Positions 29,259-41,654 of a stretch of 64,000 nucleotides of DNA are shown piece by piece. Position 1 is the first letter of the stretch. Every line of letters starts with the position of its first letter. Below the pieces are notes generated by a model. It saw only the letters and a program-made list of their open reading frames with translations. It was not told where the DNA came from and did no database searches. Source of the stretch: Octopus vulgaris. Taxonomy: Eukaryota. A program made the position numbers and the translations under genes. The stretch covers positions 167,834,001 to 167,898,000 of the forward strand of contig OX597815.1 of the NCBI GenBank assembly GCA_951406725.2, written 5' to 3'.

Positions 29259-29829
29259 CTCATCTCACTCCTCTGGAACTTCACCATTCAAACTGACAGG
29301 AAGATAGATGCAAATAGGCCAGACATTATATTGAAAGACTTCAGACAAAGAACATTCCTCCTCATTGATATGACTGTCCCAATCGATATAAACGTATCTG
29401 TCAAGACCTACCAAAAACTGAGCAAATATAAAGATCTTGAAATAGAAATCAGCAAAATGTGGAAGCTGAAGACTAAAACAATACCTGTTGTCATAGGTGC
29501 CCTGGGAATGATAGCGAAAGGGACTGATTGCTACCTAACTCAGATACCAGGAAACCCCAAAATGGCAGAAATTCAAAAGATAGTGCTCATGGGAACTGCT
29601 CATATCCTACGCAAAAATACTCTCTATGTAATCCCAACTTTTTTATTTATTTATTTATTTATTTATTTATTTTTTTATGTATTAGACATTCACTAGTACA
29701 ACACCAGAAAAAAAAAAAGAAAAAAAACCCAAATATATGGCACAGAACTTCTAACCTGTTGTCTCTTGAGGTCTCTGGGTGAGACTTGGAGCCAACTTGT
29801 ACAGACATAAAGCAAAAGTCAAACATAGA
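29259..29829 (+). mobile_element. 5'-truncated R4/Dong-clade non-LTR retrotransposon (restriction-like endonuclease domain plus 3' UTR)
   Basis: Open frame ISLLWNFTIQTDRKIDANRPDIILKD...LIDMTVP...KLSKYKDL...PVVIGALG (PD..D/K RLE motif); (AAT)n on both sides. Confidence 0.92.
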
Positions 29830-29850
29830 ATAATAATAATAATAATAATA

Positions 29851-30189
29851 TGGAAGTCCATATTAGTGAGGCCTGTATCCTTCGACCTGTGCAGCATGAG
29901 AGGCCCTATCATAAATTTGTGCTCCGCTGGAATGGCTCTGAGGCTCATTGAGACACATAATGCACCACATTGCAACAACCTTGTGGTGGACATTACCTTT
30001 CAGTAAACCTTAAATTTGTCAATTTGGCAACTTGAAATGTGTACAGGGAAAACTCCCCCATAAGCCAAGGTAATACATGGAAAAACTCTTGATTATTGAA
30101 GTTTGGATTTAACTATCGATGATAGGTTGAAAATAATGGAACCATGTATCGGAGCTTCTTGTGGTCATCAGTGTTACCAACTAAGTAAA
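29851..30189 (+). repeat. Duplicated ~350-bp segment, copy 2
   Basis: Matches 16061-16413 apart from a ~15-bp indel near the end. Confidence 0.85.
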
Positions 30190-30422
30190 GAAGAAGAAAA
30201 AGAAGAAGAAGAAGAAGAAGAAGAAGAAGAAGAAGAAGAAGAAGAAGAAGAAGAAGAAGAAGAAGAAGAAGAAGAACAAGAACAAGAACAAGAACAAGAA
30301 CAAGAAGAACAAGAAGAACAAGAACAAGAAGAAGAAGAAGAACAACAACAACAACAAGAAGAACAAGAACAAGAACAAGAAGAAGAGGAGGAGAAAGAAG
30401 AAAAAAGGACAAGAACAACAAC
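30188..30422. repeat. (GAA)n/(GAACAA)n microsatellite
   Basis: Directly visible. Confidence 0.95.
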
Positions 30423-30979
30423 ATTTAATAAGGTACAAGAACATACATATTTATAATCGATTACATCAAATCCCATTATACTACTGATATTTAGCCACCC
30501 GGAAGAATGAAAAGCTAGGTTTTACAACCTTGGATTTAAAACCCATCCCTTCCCAAAAAATACAAAAGAAAAGAAATCTACCTAAATACCGTAAATCCAC
30601 TGCTTTTCTACTTCCTGATAAACAAAATAACTTCTAACATAAGGGAAGGTCGAAAATGTTCTGTGAAACATATGCTCGATTAACTCTTTCGCATGATCAT
30701 TTTGTCAAATGTAATGCTTATTTATTCAGATTGATTTGAATTAATCATAAATTGTGTTGTAGCAACCGGATCAGGCCGGTTTAAATGCTAAGCGACTATC
30801 AGTTCGTGACGGGTACTTTGGTGACTCCTGATTGGATGTAATCTTTATTTATTTACGTTGATTTGAATTAATGACGAATTTCTTTCTAGCATCGAAATTT
30901 TGATGATGTGATTGTTTATTTTTAGAATGACATTGCAGGATAGGTGTGAGAGGCAAGATCTGGCCAGTTTGAACATAAA

Positions 30980-31244
30980 TAAAATAAATAAATAAATGCG
31001 CCCTTTTAAAGCCTAGCCAGTCTCATGGGCCCAGTTTCCCGGTTTCTATGGCGTATGTGTTCCCCAGCTGGACGAGACACCAGTCCATCGCAGCGTTACT
31101 CATTTTTGCCAGCTGAGTGGACTAGAGCAACGTGAAATGAAGTGTTTTGCTCAAAAACACAACGCGTCGCTCGGTCCAGGAATCGAAACCACAATGTTAC
31201 GATCATGATGCTGACACCCTAACCACTAAGCCACGCACCTCTAC
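30980..31244 (-). mobile_element. tRNA-head SINE with CORE-like and V-like blocks, 13-bp TSD
   Basis: GTTTGAACATAAA at 30967-30979 and 31245-31257; minus strand GCGTGGCTTAGTGGTTAGGG, GTTTCGATTCC, CTGCGATGGACTGG. Confidence 0.9.
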
Positions 31245-31894
31245 GTTTGAACATAAAGCTAGCAGAATATTTTGGTCGGATAAGGCCGGTTTAAATGGTA
31301 AGCGATCCTCAGTATGTGACGGGTACTTTGGTGATTTCTGATAGGATGAAAGGGTAAGATGATCTTAGTAGGACTTGAACTCAGTATATGAAAGCCCGTA
31401 GCTAAACACGGCTTGGTATTTTGTTCAGCAATTCATTACTATTGCTACAGCACCAACGTCATCAATACGAAACTATTACTACTACTGCTACCACTATTAC
31501 TACTATTACTACTCATCATCATTACGACTATTACTACTGCTATCTTCTTTATTGCTACTATTACTACTGTTATTGCTGTGGCCGCTATGCTATTTGTACT
31601 GATAAAATATTTTATCGTATTTTATTCTGAAACTGTTGTCGTTTAGCTGGACCAGTGTAAATGATAATAACTGTCGATCAAAATGCGAAGCCACACCAGT
31701 TCACAGAACTTTAAGCACAATCTGCTGACATGTGAGAATTGAGAGTATTTTACTAAGACGTGCCATTGTCGATTTATTAGAACTATTGCTGTTTAAAATC
31801 TTTGGATTTCACCTCCTATCTAATGCCAATGGAAAAGGAAAAGAAACAGAAATCTATTCCCTACTTTTGTTCATTTGAACATAAAGCCTGTCAG

Positions 31895-31984
31895 CTATGA
31901 TATCGTGCCATCACAAGAAGGAACATGCCAAGCCAGTTTCCACAGATGGTATTTCAGTTTCTAACATTAGAGGTATACAGTGGA
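31895..31984 (+). pseudogene. Possible decayed Kunitz/BPTI-domain exon
   Basis: 31908-31955 reads PSQEGTCQASFHRWYF with BPTI spacing P8-G12-C14-A16-R20-aromatic 21-23; then stops and YSG in a shifted frame; preceded by CAG. Confidence 0.45.
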
Positions 31985-32309
31985 ATACATTTCAGTTATA
32001 AACTCCTAAAATACCCCACACATACCTATCGCTATCTAAAAATTAGGGGGGAAAATCATTTTACTTTTTAATGATACTTTAATAAGAGAGCACAGCGTGA
32101 TAGGGCAAACGTTAATCTACTAAACAAAATGTAATAAGACATTTAGTTTCGGCCTTCCTTGTTTTAAATTTTAAACTTACCATATTCCGCTTAATATTTC
32201 TTCGCTTCAGGGACGATAAAGTTAATGCTAGTGGTTGCTGAAGAGGTAAATTGATTATAGAATTCATAAAGATTCGTGGATAAGTAAAAAATAAGATTAA
32301 AATTATTTT

Positions 32310-33362
32310 CTAATATAGGCACAAGTACTGAAATTTTGGGGGGAGGAACCTTGTCGATTTTATCACCCCCAGCGCACATCTCAAATTTATTTTATCGACC
32401 CCTACTGAAATTTTGGGGGGAGGAACCTTGTCGATTTTATCACCCCCAGCGCACATCTCAAATTTATTTTATCGACCCCGGAAAGATGAAAGGCAAGGTC
32501 GAACTCGACGGAATTTGAACTTAGAACACACAAATGTCGCTAAGCATTTTGCCCGGGGTGCTTATGATTCTGCTAGACCACCGCTTTCAGGCTTTCTAAT
32601 ATTAGTTTTAAATATTGGAACAAGGCCAGCAATTTCGTGGAAGGATGTAAGTCGACTACATCAACCCCAGTACGCGACTGGTACTTATTTTATCGATTCT
32701 GAAATGATAAAACGCAAAGTCGATTTCGGCAGAATTTGAACTCAAGAAATAAAGACTTACGGAAAAGCATTTTGCCCGGTATGCTAACGATTCTACCAGC
32801 TCGCTGGCTTATTGTAAAAGTGATGAACAACATTAATCGATTTTCGAAACTTATTAGATTCTCATTACAGACATCTATATCAATCAGTCCCCAGGTTTTC
32901 TAATATTGGTTTCAAATTTTGGCCCAATGCCAGCAGGTATGGGAAAGGCGAGCTGGCAGAAACGTTCGCACGCCAGGCGAAATGCGTAGCCGTATTTCGT
33001 CTGTCGTTACGTTCTGAGTTCAAATTCCGCCGTGGTCGACTTTGCCTTTCATCCTTTCGGGGTCGATTACATAAGTACCAGTTACGCACTGGGGTCGATG
33101 TAATCGACTTAATCCGTGTGTCTGTCCTTGTTTGTCCCCTCTGCGTTTAGCCCCTAGTGGGTAATAAAGAAATAGGTACGGGAAAGAGTCTATGTCGATA
33201 AAAATCAACCCAAGTGCTAAACTGGTACTTATATTATTGTCCCCGAAAGAATCAAAGGCTAAGTCGAACTTGGTGAAACATGAACTCAGAACGTGAAGAC
33301 GGACGAAATGCCGCTAAGCATTTTGTCCGGCGCGCTAAGGATTTTGTTACCTCGTCGCCCTT
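32310..33362. mobile_element. Nested SINE family A cluster (minus copies with a plus copy at 32948-33173)
   Basis: Plus copy flanked by AGGTAYGGGAAAG (32935-32947 / 33174-33186); 77-bp tandem duplication at 32326-32479. Confidence 0.9.
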
Positions 33363-33470
33363 AAGCTTTTAAGCTTTCTAAAGTTAAAATTCATTCTAGT
33401 CCTTCTCATTCACGATGCGTTGTGGATTATGTGTGCGTGTGTATGTGTGTGATTATGTGTATGTGTATGG

Positions 33471-33501
<31 letters not shown>

Positions 33502-33918
33502 TATATACATACATATATATATATACACAAACATACACACACACATACATATATATATGAGTGTATGTGTGTGTATTTATATATACATATGAGTGTACGT
33601 GTGTGTGTGTGCGCGTGTGTTTAGACTACACCATGTAGGGGTATTGCTCTGATGATTTTTAGTCAAACAAATCGACATCAGTACTTATTTGTTTATGCCT
33701 GGTACTTATTCTACCGGTGTGTTTAGCCGTACGGCTTAGTTTCAAGGACATAAACACACCAACACCGGCTGTCAAGATGTGGTGGAGGACAAGCAAAATA
33801 TACACACACGCGCACGTGCGCACATATAATTATATATATAGAGAGAGAGACAGACAGACAGAAAGAGAGAGAGATACATTTGTACATATATATGTAAGAG
33901 TGTATCTTACATATATTC

Positions 33919-33987
<69 letters not shown>

Positions 33988-34369
33988 CTTTGACAGATTC
34001 ATTCACACACGCACACACACACACACACAGACGCTTTGTTGTCCGCATTTGACAAAAGATGACGTTACTCACTTCCACCTACCTCACACTTTTGTGTGTC
34101 ATAAGAATGTTTTAACACAGATGAGATGGGCTGATACTCACAATTTGATATATATGGGAATTATTTCCCGATTTGTTTCCCACTTGTAGTGCAACATCCC
34201 TAAATTTAAGATTTCCAACAAAACGAAAACCTATGAGGACTTGTCACATACATACATACATACAGACAGACAGACAGACAGACATATATACATACATACA
34301 GACACACATACATACATACAAACATACATACATATCTATATATGTATAAAAATATATTTATGTAAATAG

Positions 34370-34410
<41 letters not shown>

Positions 34411-35908
34411 CATATATACACATACATATATGTATATACGCATATATAAAGATATGTGCATTGACACATGTCTCTCGCTATCTATGTCACTTTCTCTCTG
34501 TATGTATATATATATATAAAGATATATATATATATATATATATATATATCTGTATATATATATATATGTGTATGCATGTATGTATATATATATATATACA
34601 TACATACATACAAACATGCATACATACATACAAACATGCATATGCATACATACTTACATGCATACATACATACATACATACATGCATACATACATACATA
34701 CATACATGCATGCACACATATATACATAGGTATATAATGGTTCTCATGTCTGTTGTTTGCTGGGCGTTATATGATGGATGATCTCATCGAATGACTAAAG
34801 TGCAAGATAGAAAGTCAAATAATATACTGAGGATATAGAAAAAATACGTAGAATAAAGGCGAATAGACTATAGAGGAGAGAGAGAGGAAAAAAAAAGAAA
34901 GAAAGAAAGAAAAAAGAAAGCGAGAGAGAGACACACACACACACAAACAGTCAGAGAGAGAGAGAGAAAGATAGAACGCGAGGGGAGAGAAAGAGCGTTT
35001 GCGCGGGAGGGGAAAAGAGAGAAGAAAATGGAGAAACGAAAAAGAAGAAGAAGGCAATGATGATGATGATGAGTATGAGTAACAGAAGAGGAATGGGGAG
35101 GACAAGTTGTTGGTGATGATGATTATCGTGATGAACGACGACGAAGACAAGGATGATGGTGAGAGCGCTAGTTGTGCTTGTAGTAATCATTATTATAAGA
35201 ATAATATGAAAAAACAAAATATTATGGAAAAAAAATAAATGAAATAAGCGAAATAAATGAAGATTGAAATCTTATATCAACAGAGTATATGCACCAAATT
35301 TATTTATGTAACGTGTGTGTGTCTAGGAGCGCGCGCATGTTGGTGCGCGGGTATGCGCGCGCTGTCCATTGCAGTTGAAGGGAGATCATCACTAATCATG
35401 AAAAGAATTGTACTGTTGAGTCACACGTTGATTGTTATGGCCAGTCAGAGAAAAAACAACGATTTCGCACCTATAAAGCGCTTAGCAGTATAGATGACTT
35501 GAAAGATTCAAATGGCCGGAGCTACCTAACCTCTCTACAACTGGTGAATTGCCTATACATCTAAGCGCTTTATATGTGCGAAACCAATGGCCACTATTTG
35601 ACTCGTCATGGCAACCAACCCTCTATAAATATATTACTGTGTTAAGGTTTTGATGTATGATTGTTTTTCGGATATATGAACTAATGACGATATATTATGT
35701 ACATACATATACAGATACACCGGAGTAAGCACATAAATGTGAAACAAGGTGGAAAAAAGAATAATCAAATACCAGAAGTAGAGTAATATGTTTTATTTAA
35801 AAGCAGTAGAAATTTAACAAAAGCTGTTCGTCGGACAGTTTTGTTAAAATATACAGATAGATAGATTGATAGACAGACAGTCAAACAGATAGATAGATAG
35901 ATAGATAA

Positions 35909-36530
35909 GTTTCTTTATTGGCCACACAGGGCTGCACACAGATGGGACAAGTTACAAGGTAGAGCTTTTCTTTTGGGGGATGAAAAAAAAAATGAAAAAA
36001 AGGGGGGGCGTAGGTTTTCGATCAAGAGGGATCGTAAAAGGGAAGAAAAGAAAAATAAAATAGAATAAATAAATAAAATAAAAAATAAAAAGAATAAAAA
36101 GAAAAAAAAAGAAAAGAAAAAGGAACAAAAGAAAAGAGAAATGAAAAAAGAAGAAAAAAGGGGGAAAAAAGGGGAAGAGGAAAAAAAGAACGATCAATAG
36201 GGATTGTGTATCACAGTGTTATGATATATGGTGTAAAGGGGAAAGCAAGTAAGGTTTATCCGTGGGAAGAAAAGCCTACGAAAAAGACCACGGTAACCTT
36301 GGTCAATATTGTTATATGTTACCACATTTGTTTGCAAGTGGGTAACCCTCTGTTTTCAATTTCTGGGTTCATAGGATTATGCTCAAGGTGGCTTCGTCAT
36401 TCATACGTGCCATCCTTGCTACATTCACCCATCTTTTTTTAAAACATTCGCTAGACAAAATTTGCCTCTCTACTCTCACTTTCCTTTTCAAGTGGTACTT
36501 GAAGAAGTTGATGAGAGATTGACCGGAGAG

Positions 36531-36531
<1 letters not shown>
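35909..36531 (-). mobile_element. 5'-truncated L1/Tx1-like LINE 3' end embedded in (GATA)n
   Basis: [41 protein letters not shown] (stop at 36369), 3' UTR ending GTGGCCAATAAAGAAAC; (GATA)n on both sides. Confidence 0.85.
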
Positions 36532-36612
<81 letters not shown>

Positions 36613-36627
36613 GTAGACAGAAGACAG

Positions 36628-36692
<65 letters not shown>
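36531..36692. repeat. (GATA)n microsatellite
   Basis: Directly visible. Confidence 0.97.
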
Positions 36693-36886
36693 TCTGTGTG
36701 AATCTATATGTCTTACGTTCGACTGTGTTTCCTCAGCATGGCCTGACTCCAAAGACTGAACGAGTAAAAGAAAACACACACAGACCATACACAAATATAC
36801 CCCATACACACTATGACAAATATATACACAAGTTTATATTGCATATATGTATGTACTGTAATGTGTGTGTGTGTGTGTGAGTGTTT

Positions 36887-36923
<37 letters not shown>

Positions 36924-37928
36924 CGCGTGCTTGAGTATGTTATGTTCTGTTATGTTATGTTGTGTTTTTGCTATTATTCTTATTGTAGTCCCCATGTTTT
37001 CCTGTTCGTGAACAGTTTGATAACACTACTTAAGAAACGCGATATAATTACAAAAAAAAAAAGAATTGTTTTTCTTTTCTTCTATAGTTTTCGTTTTCTT
37101 TTTCCAGTGACTGCAGGTGGGCTTGAGTTCGATTCCCAGCTGGTGTCATTAAATCTCCCGCATCGAGTTTTCTCTCTCATGGCGATAACATCTACTGTAA
37201 ATTCTGCTGTAAAAGAAATTTAATCACGTTTATTTTCTAGCCGTTGGCTTTTTTTTTCTTGTAGTTGTTGCAATTTAATTATCTCTTGTTATTACTGTTG
37301 TTGTGGTTTTACTATTAATTCTTTTCCATGTTTTGCTAACTTCTTTTTTGTTGTTATTGTAATTTATTTAATCCATTTCTTTTTTTTTATTATTATTATT
37401 TTGCTTACGTGTTTCTTACGAGCTGTTTCATTTCTATGTTATATTACGCTTGTTATGTGACCGATGATGTTGTTCTTATTGTCATTATTGTTGTTCTTAT
37501 TCTTCGTTATGTAGTAGTTGTTGTTGTTCTTCTTGTCCTTGTTCATGTTGTTACAGCATTTTCTTCTTCTCTTGGTGATGTGATGACGATAGTGATAATG
37601 ATCATGGTTGTTATTTCGGCGGCTGTAGTTTTTGTCGGAAGGACAGATTGGTGTTTGTAGTGACGGGGGATGGTTTTCTTTTTCAAAGGAATTTAATGAT
37701 TGTTGTCTGGTTATTGCCTCTGATGTTGTTCTTAGTGTTAGTCAGTAGTGGTGGTGGCAGCGGCAGCAGCAGCAATAGTAGTAGTAGTAGTAGTAGTAGT
37801 AGCAGCAGCAACAGCAGAAGTAGTAATAGTAATGGCTGTAGTGGTGGTGGTGGTGACCGATTATTTCCTCTGATGCAAATGTTCATAGCTTTATTTGAGA
37901 CGTTGATTGCTAGTGGGAACAGAAAATG

Positions 37929-38253
37929 TCTCTCTCACTCTCTATCTCTATCTCTCTTTTTATCTCTCTCTCCATCTCTTTCTCCTTTTATGTCCCTGTC
38001 TCTCTCCCAACTTCTTTCTCTCTCATTCTCTCTCACTCTCTGTTTCTCTCTACCTTTCTCCCTTTCTCTCTTTCTCCCTCTCTCTCTCTTTCTCCTCTCT
38101 CCCTCTCTCTCTCCCTCTCTTTCCTCTCTCTCCCTCTACATATATCTCCATCCTTTTCTTTACCTCTCTCCTCTCTCCCTCTCCCTCTCCCCTCTCTTAC
38201 CTTCTCCGCTCTATCTCTCCCTCTCTCTCCTTCTCCCCCTCTCTCTCACTCTC

Positions 38254-38338
<85 letters not shown>

Positions 38339-38340
38339 CT
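37929..38340. repeat. ~410-bp CT-rich polypyrimidine tract
   Basis: Directly visible; a similar tract lies at 57190-57900. Confidence 0.95.
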
Positions 38341-38793
38341 AATTGTCCTTGCTAGTGGTGCTGCATAGTACTCGTTGCTGAAATTGTTCTTCAGCTTGAT
38401 ATTCGTATTGTTCAATTTCAGGTCAGTTATCATTCAAAAGACGTTCTAACCATGACCAACCAATTCTTTTTTCATACATATTGCATTTATCCAATATCAC
38501 TTATCTCCCTTGAGCCTAGTGTGTCATCACTTGGCGAATGAATGGCTGCTATTTGAACGACTGCGTAGAAGCTATCTCGTTGCCGTCGTTGTTGTGGCTG
38601 TTCAAACCTAGACCAGCCCAGATTAGGCAGGCCTATGATACAAGGCTTTAAACTCGTGGCTCTCTCTCTCTCATGGTATTATTATCACATGTTCTTTCCA
38701 GTAATATTAGGCTTAATGATTAGACGCCTGACGATTTGATAGTAAGTTTGGTTTACGTAATTGTAATTTTGCAATATGTAACCAATAATTAAC

Positions 38794-39456
38794 GGATCTT
38801 TTCGGTTTGAACGGCAGTTTTTAACATAATTTCTAGGTAACTGTTACACATTCATATATATGCGTATGCGTGGACGTGCGTGTGTGGAATGCGTCCCCGC
38901 TTTTGGCACTATTTTATAAGTATTACTACGCTGTGTCTAAAGTTATATAGGTGTCGCTGCGCTGAATGTGGTCAGTTCGTGTAACAGGAAAAGTAAATAA
39001 ACACGTAAAAGAATAACAGCGGCTTTCATATTGGTTGTCTGTCCCATTAGAACGAAATAACACATTACAGTAACTAAACACTTTTAAACTTCGAATACTG
39101 GTAGAATGTGTTTCTAAAACATCTTTTTCTCTTGGCTTTATGGAGAAAATTCTATAGTTTGTAAGACATTTGTTGTTTTTTTTCTTCAATTTCTGCAATT
39201 TCAACCAATCAATGACGTCCATTGAGGTAAAAAAAAACATTCTGTGCCGTATGAATATGTCCCTCGTTTAAGAAACAGATTGGGTTTATTTACATTTGTG
39301 AAGAAAAAAATATACCCTTCCTCCCACCCCAAACCCTAACTAACCCTAACCCTAAAACAGATTGAAATGCAATAGATCGATACTAGGGTCATAATTATGG
39401 GTGACAATTTCATATGACACCGCTAGAAAAAACTGCCGTTCAAACCGAAAAGATCC
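38794..39456. mobile_element. Non-autonomous DNA transposon with 29-bp perfect TIRs and 8-bp TSD
   Basis: TAATTAAC|GGATCTTTTCGGTTTGAACGGCAGTTTTT ... AAAAACTGCCGTTCAAACCGAAAAGATCC|TAATTAAC. Confidence 0.95.
38842..39069 (+). mobile_element. Solo LTR nested in the TIR element
   Basis: GTAAC|TGTTAC...ATTACA|GTAAC (TG..CA ends, 5-bp TSD), TATA-like TTATATA and AATAAA inside. Confidence 0.88.
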
Positions 39457-39584
39457 TAATTAACTTATATTTAAGAAACGTATGTAAGACCGTATAATTA
39501 AACATAAACTACACACGACTTTAAGATCATTTCTAGGAAGTAAATTGACGGAGATTTGCCAGCTATTTTTAATAGGATGAGCTG

Positions 39585-39922
39585 AAAGAGACTGCCTTCG
39601 GTCATGACTGACCATGGAATTGCACCTAGGAAGTTACCCTCCCAGGCACAAGTCCGGGCAAAGTTGTTTATGGAAGACCAGCAGTCGCCCATGTATACCG
39701 GCCTCCCCTCACCACGCCACCAGTGTTATCCAAGGGAAAGGCAAAGACCGATACAGCTTGGCACCTGTGATGTCGCAACTCATTTCTACAACTGAGTAAG
39801 CTGGAGCAACGTGAAATAAAGTGTCTTGCACAAGTACACAACACGCAGCCCAGTCCGGGATTCGAACTCACAACCTCGCGATCGTAAGCTCGACGCCCCA
39901 GCCACTGAGCCATGCGCCTTCA
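39585..39922 (-). mobile_element. tRNA-head CORE-like SINE with a distinct tail
   Basis: Minus strand GGCGCATGGCTCAGTGG (A box), GTTCGAATCCC (B box), GTTGTGTACTTGTGCAAGACACTTTATTTCACGTTGCTCCAG. Confidence 0.88.
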
Positions 39923-40063
39923 CAGGATGAGCTATTACATAGAACCTCTCCTGTCGGTAGTTTTCATGGTAGCATTCGTGATGGCTGTATCGTGACGGGA
40001 AAATTCACTTTTATTGTTCTGAATCTTGCTCTTATTTTGTTGATGTCACCATTCATTTTGTAG

Positions 40064-40261
40064 TTTCTTTTACTTGATTCAGTCGTTAGACTGCAGCCAT
40101 GCTGGAGAACCGTCTTGAAGAACTTTTGGTCGAATGAATCGGCCCTAGAGCAATTTTTTAAGCCTCGTATTTATTTCATCTGTCTCTTTTAGCTGAACCG
40201 AACGTAAACAGACCAACACCGCTTGTCAAGCAATAGTGGGGGACAAACACAGACGCAAAGG

Positions 40262-40305
<44 letters not shown>

Positions 40306-40457
40306 TCGGGCTTCTTTCAATTTCTGACTACCAAATCCACTCACAAGACTTTAGTCGACTCGAGACTATAGTAGAAGGCACTTACCCAACATACCACGCA
40401 GTGGGACTGAAACCGGAACCATGTGGCTGGGAAGTAATCGTCTTACTAAATAGCCAC
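40064..40457 (-). mobile_element. Decayed SINE family B
   Basis: Colinear with 6516-6921. Confidence 0.85.
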
Positions 40458-40499
40458 GTTATTACTATTATTATTATTATTATCATCATCATCATTATA

Positions 40500-40627
<128 letters not shown>

Positions 40628-40829
40628 AGTTTATGATTATAGGCGTTCCATTCTTGGCCACTTTGTTCTTTTCCCTGAAACTAGTATATTATCAAGCGTG
40701 GATTTTTTCAACCGTTTTCTCAGATGGCAGAGTGTGATCTGAAGGAAATTTAGTTGCTATATTTAGCACTTCGAATGGCTGCCTAGAAAGTCCCCTCGTT
40801 GATTCGATGGCATTGCTGTTGTTGGTTTC

Positions 40830-41255
40830 TTTATTTGATCAATTATTTATTCAATTACATTGGGTTTACAATTATTTATTTACAATTATTTATTCATTTG
40901 TGTATTTATTATTTATTCAGATTTAGGGTATGATTAACACACACGGGAGAGAAGAGGTGATGGATGTTATCTACGAGTATGCTATATACTCTCAATGCTC
41001 TCACGTCATCTGTGATCAAGAAGGACATCTAAGATGCTGTTGTTTGTTGTTCAATTATTTATTTAATTACATTAGGATTTGTTATTACATTTATTTATTG
41101 ATATGTGTATATATTTATTTAGATTTTCGGATATGATTAACATACAAGGGAGAGAAATGGTGATGATGCTATCTAACCAGCAAACTATATAGTCTTAAAT
41201 CCTCTCACGTCTGCTCAGATCAACTAGGACCTCTAAGATGCTAGTTTGTTGTCTT
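40830..41255. repeat. Diverged ~205-bp tandem duplication
   Basis: TCAATTATTTATT.AATTACATT..., TATGATTAACA.AC..GGGAGAGAA..GGTGATG, CTCTCACGTC, TCTAAGATGCT each occur twice about 205 bp apart. Confidence 0.85.
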
Positions 41256-41553
41256 TACAGTCAGTGCTTGAAGATGTGTGGAGGTAGGAGAGAGAAGAAA
41301 AATAATCTGAGAAGGAAAGAAAACAGAAACTGGGCGAGATAGAGTGTAAGATGAACGAAAAATGAGTGAGTAAATTGAATGAGAAAAAGAAATATTGCTA
41401 AAGTAAGGATAGACAAAGAATGAAAGAGAGAAAACGAGAAAATGTCAGAAAGAAAGAAGTGGGTGAGTGAAAGAACGACAGATAGATCATTGAAAATGAA
41501 GAGAAATATGTATGTGTATATGTATGTATATATGTATATATACATGTGTGTGT

Positions 41554-41587
<34 letters not shown>

Positions 41588-41654
41588 AAATTTTACCAAG
41601 AAGGCCACAACTTCAATTTCAGGTCAACCTTATTTTCTGGAGTACACGTAGAAC

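Noticed and set aside
30103-30476. Glu/Gln-rich ORF
   Set aside because: (GAA)n microsatellite abutting the duplicated segment
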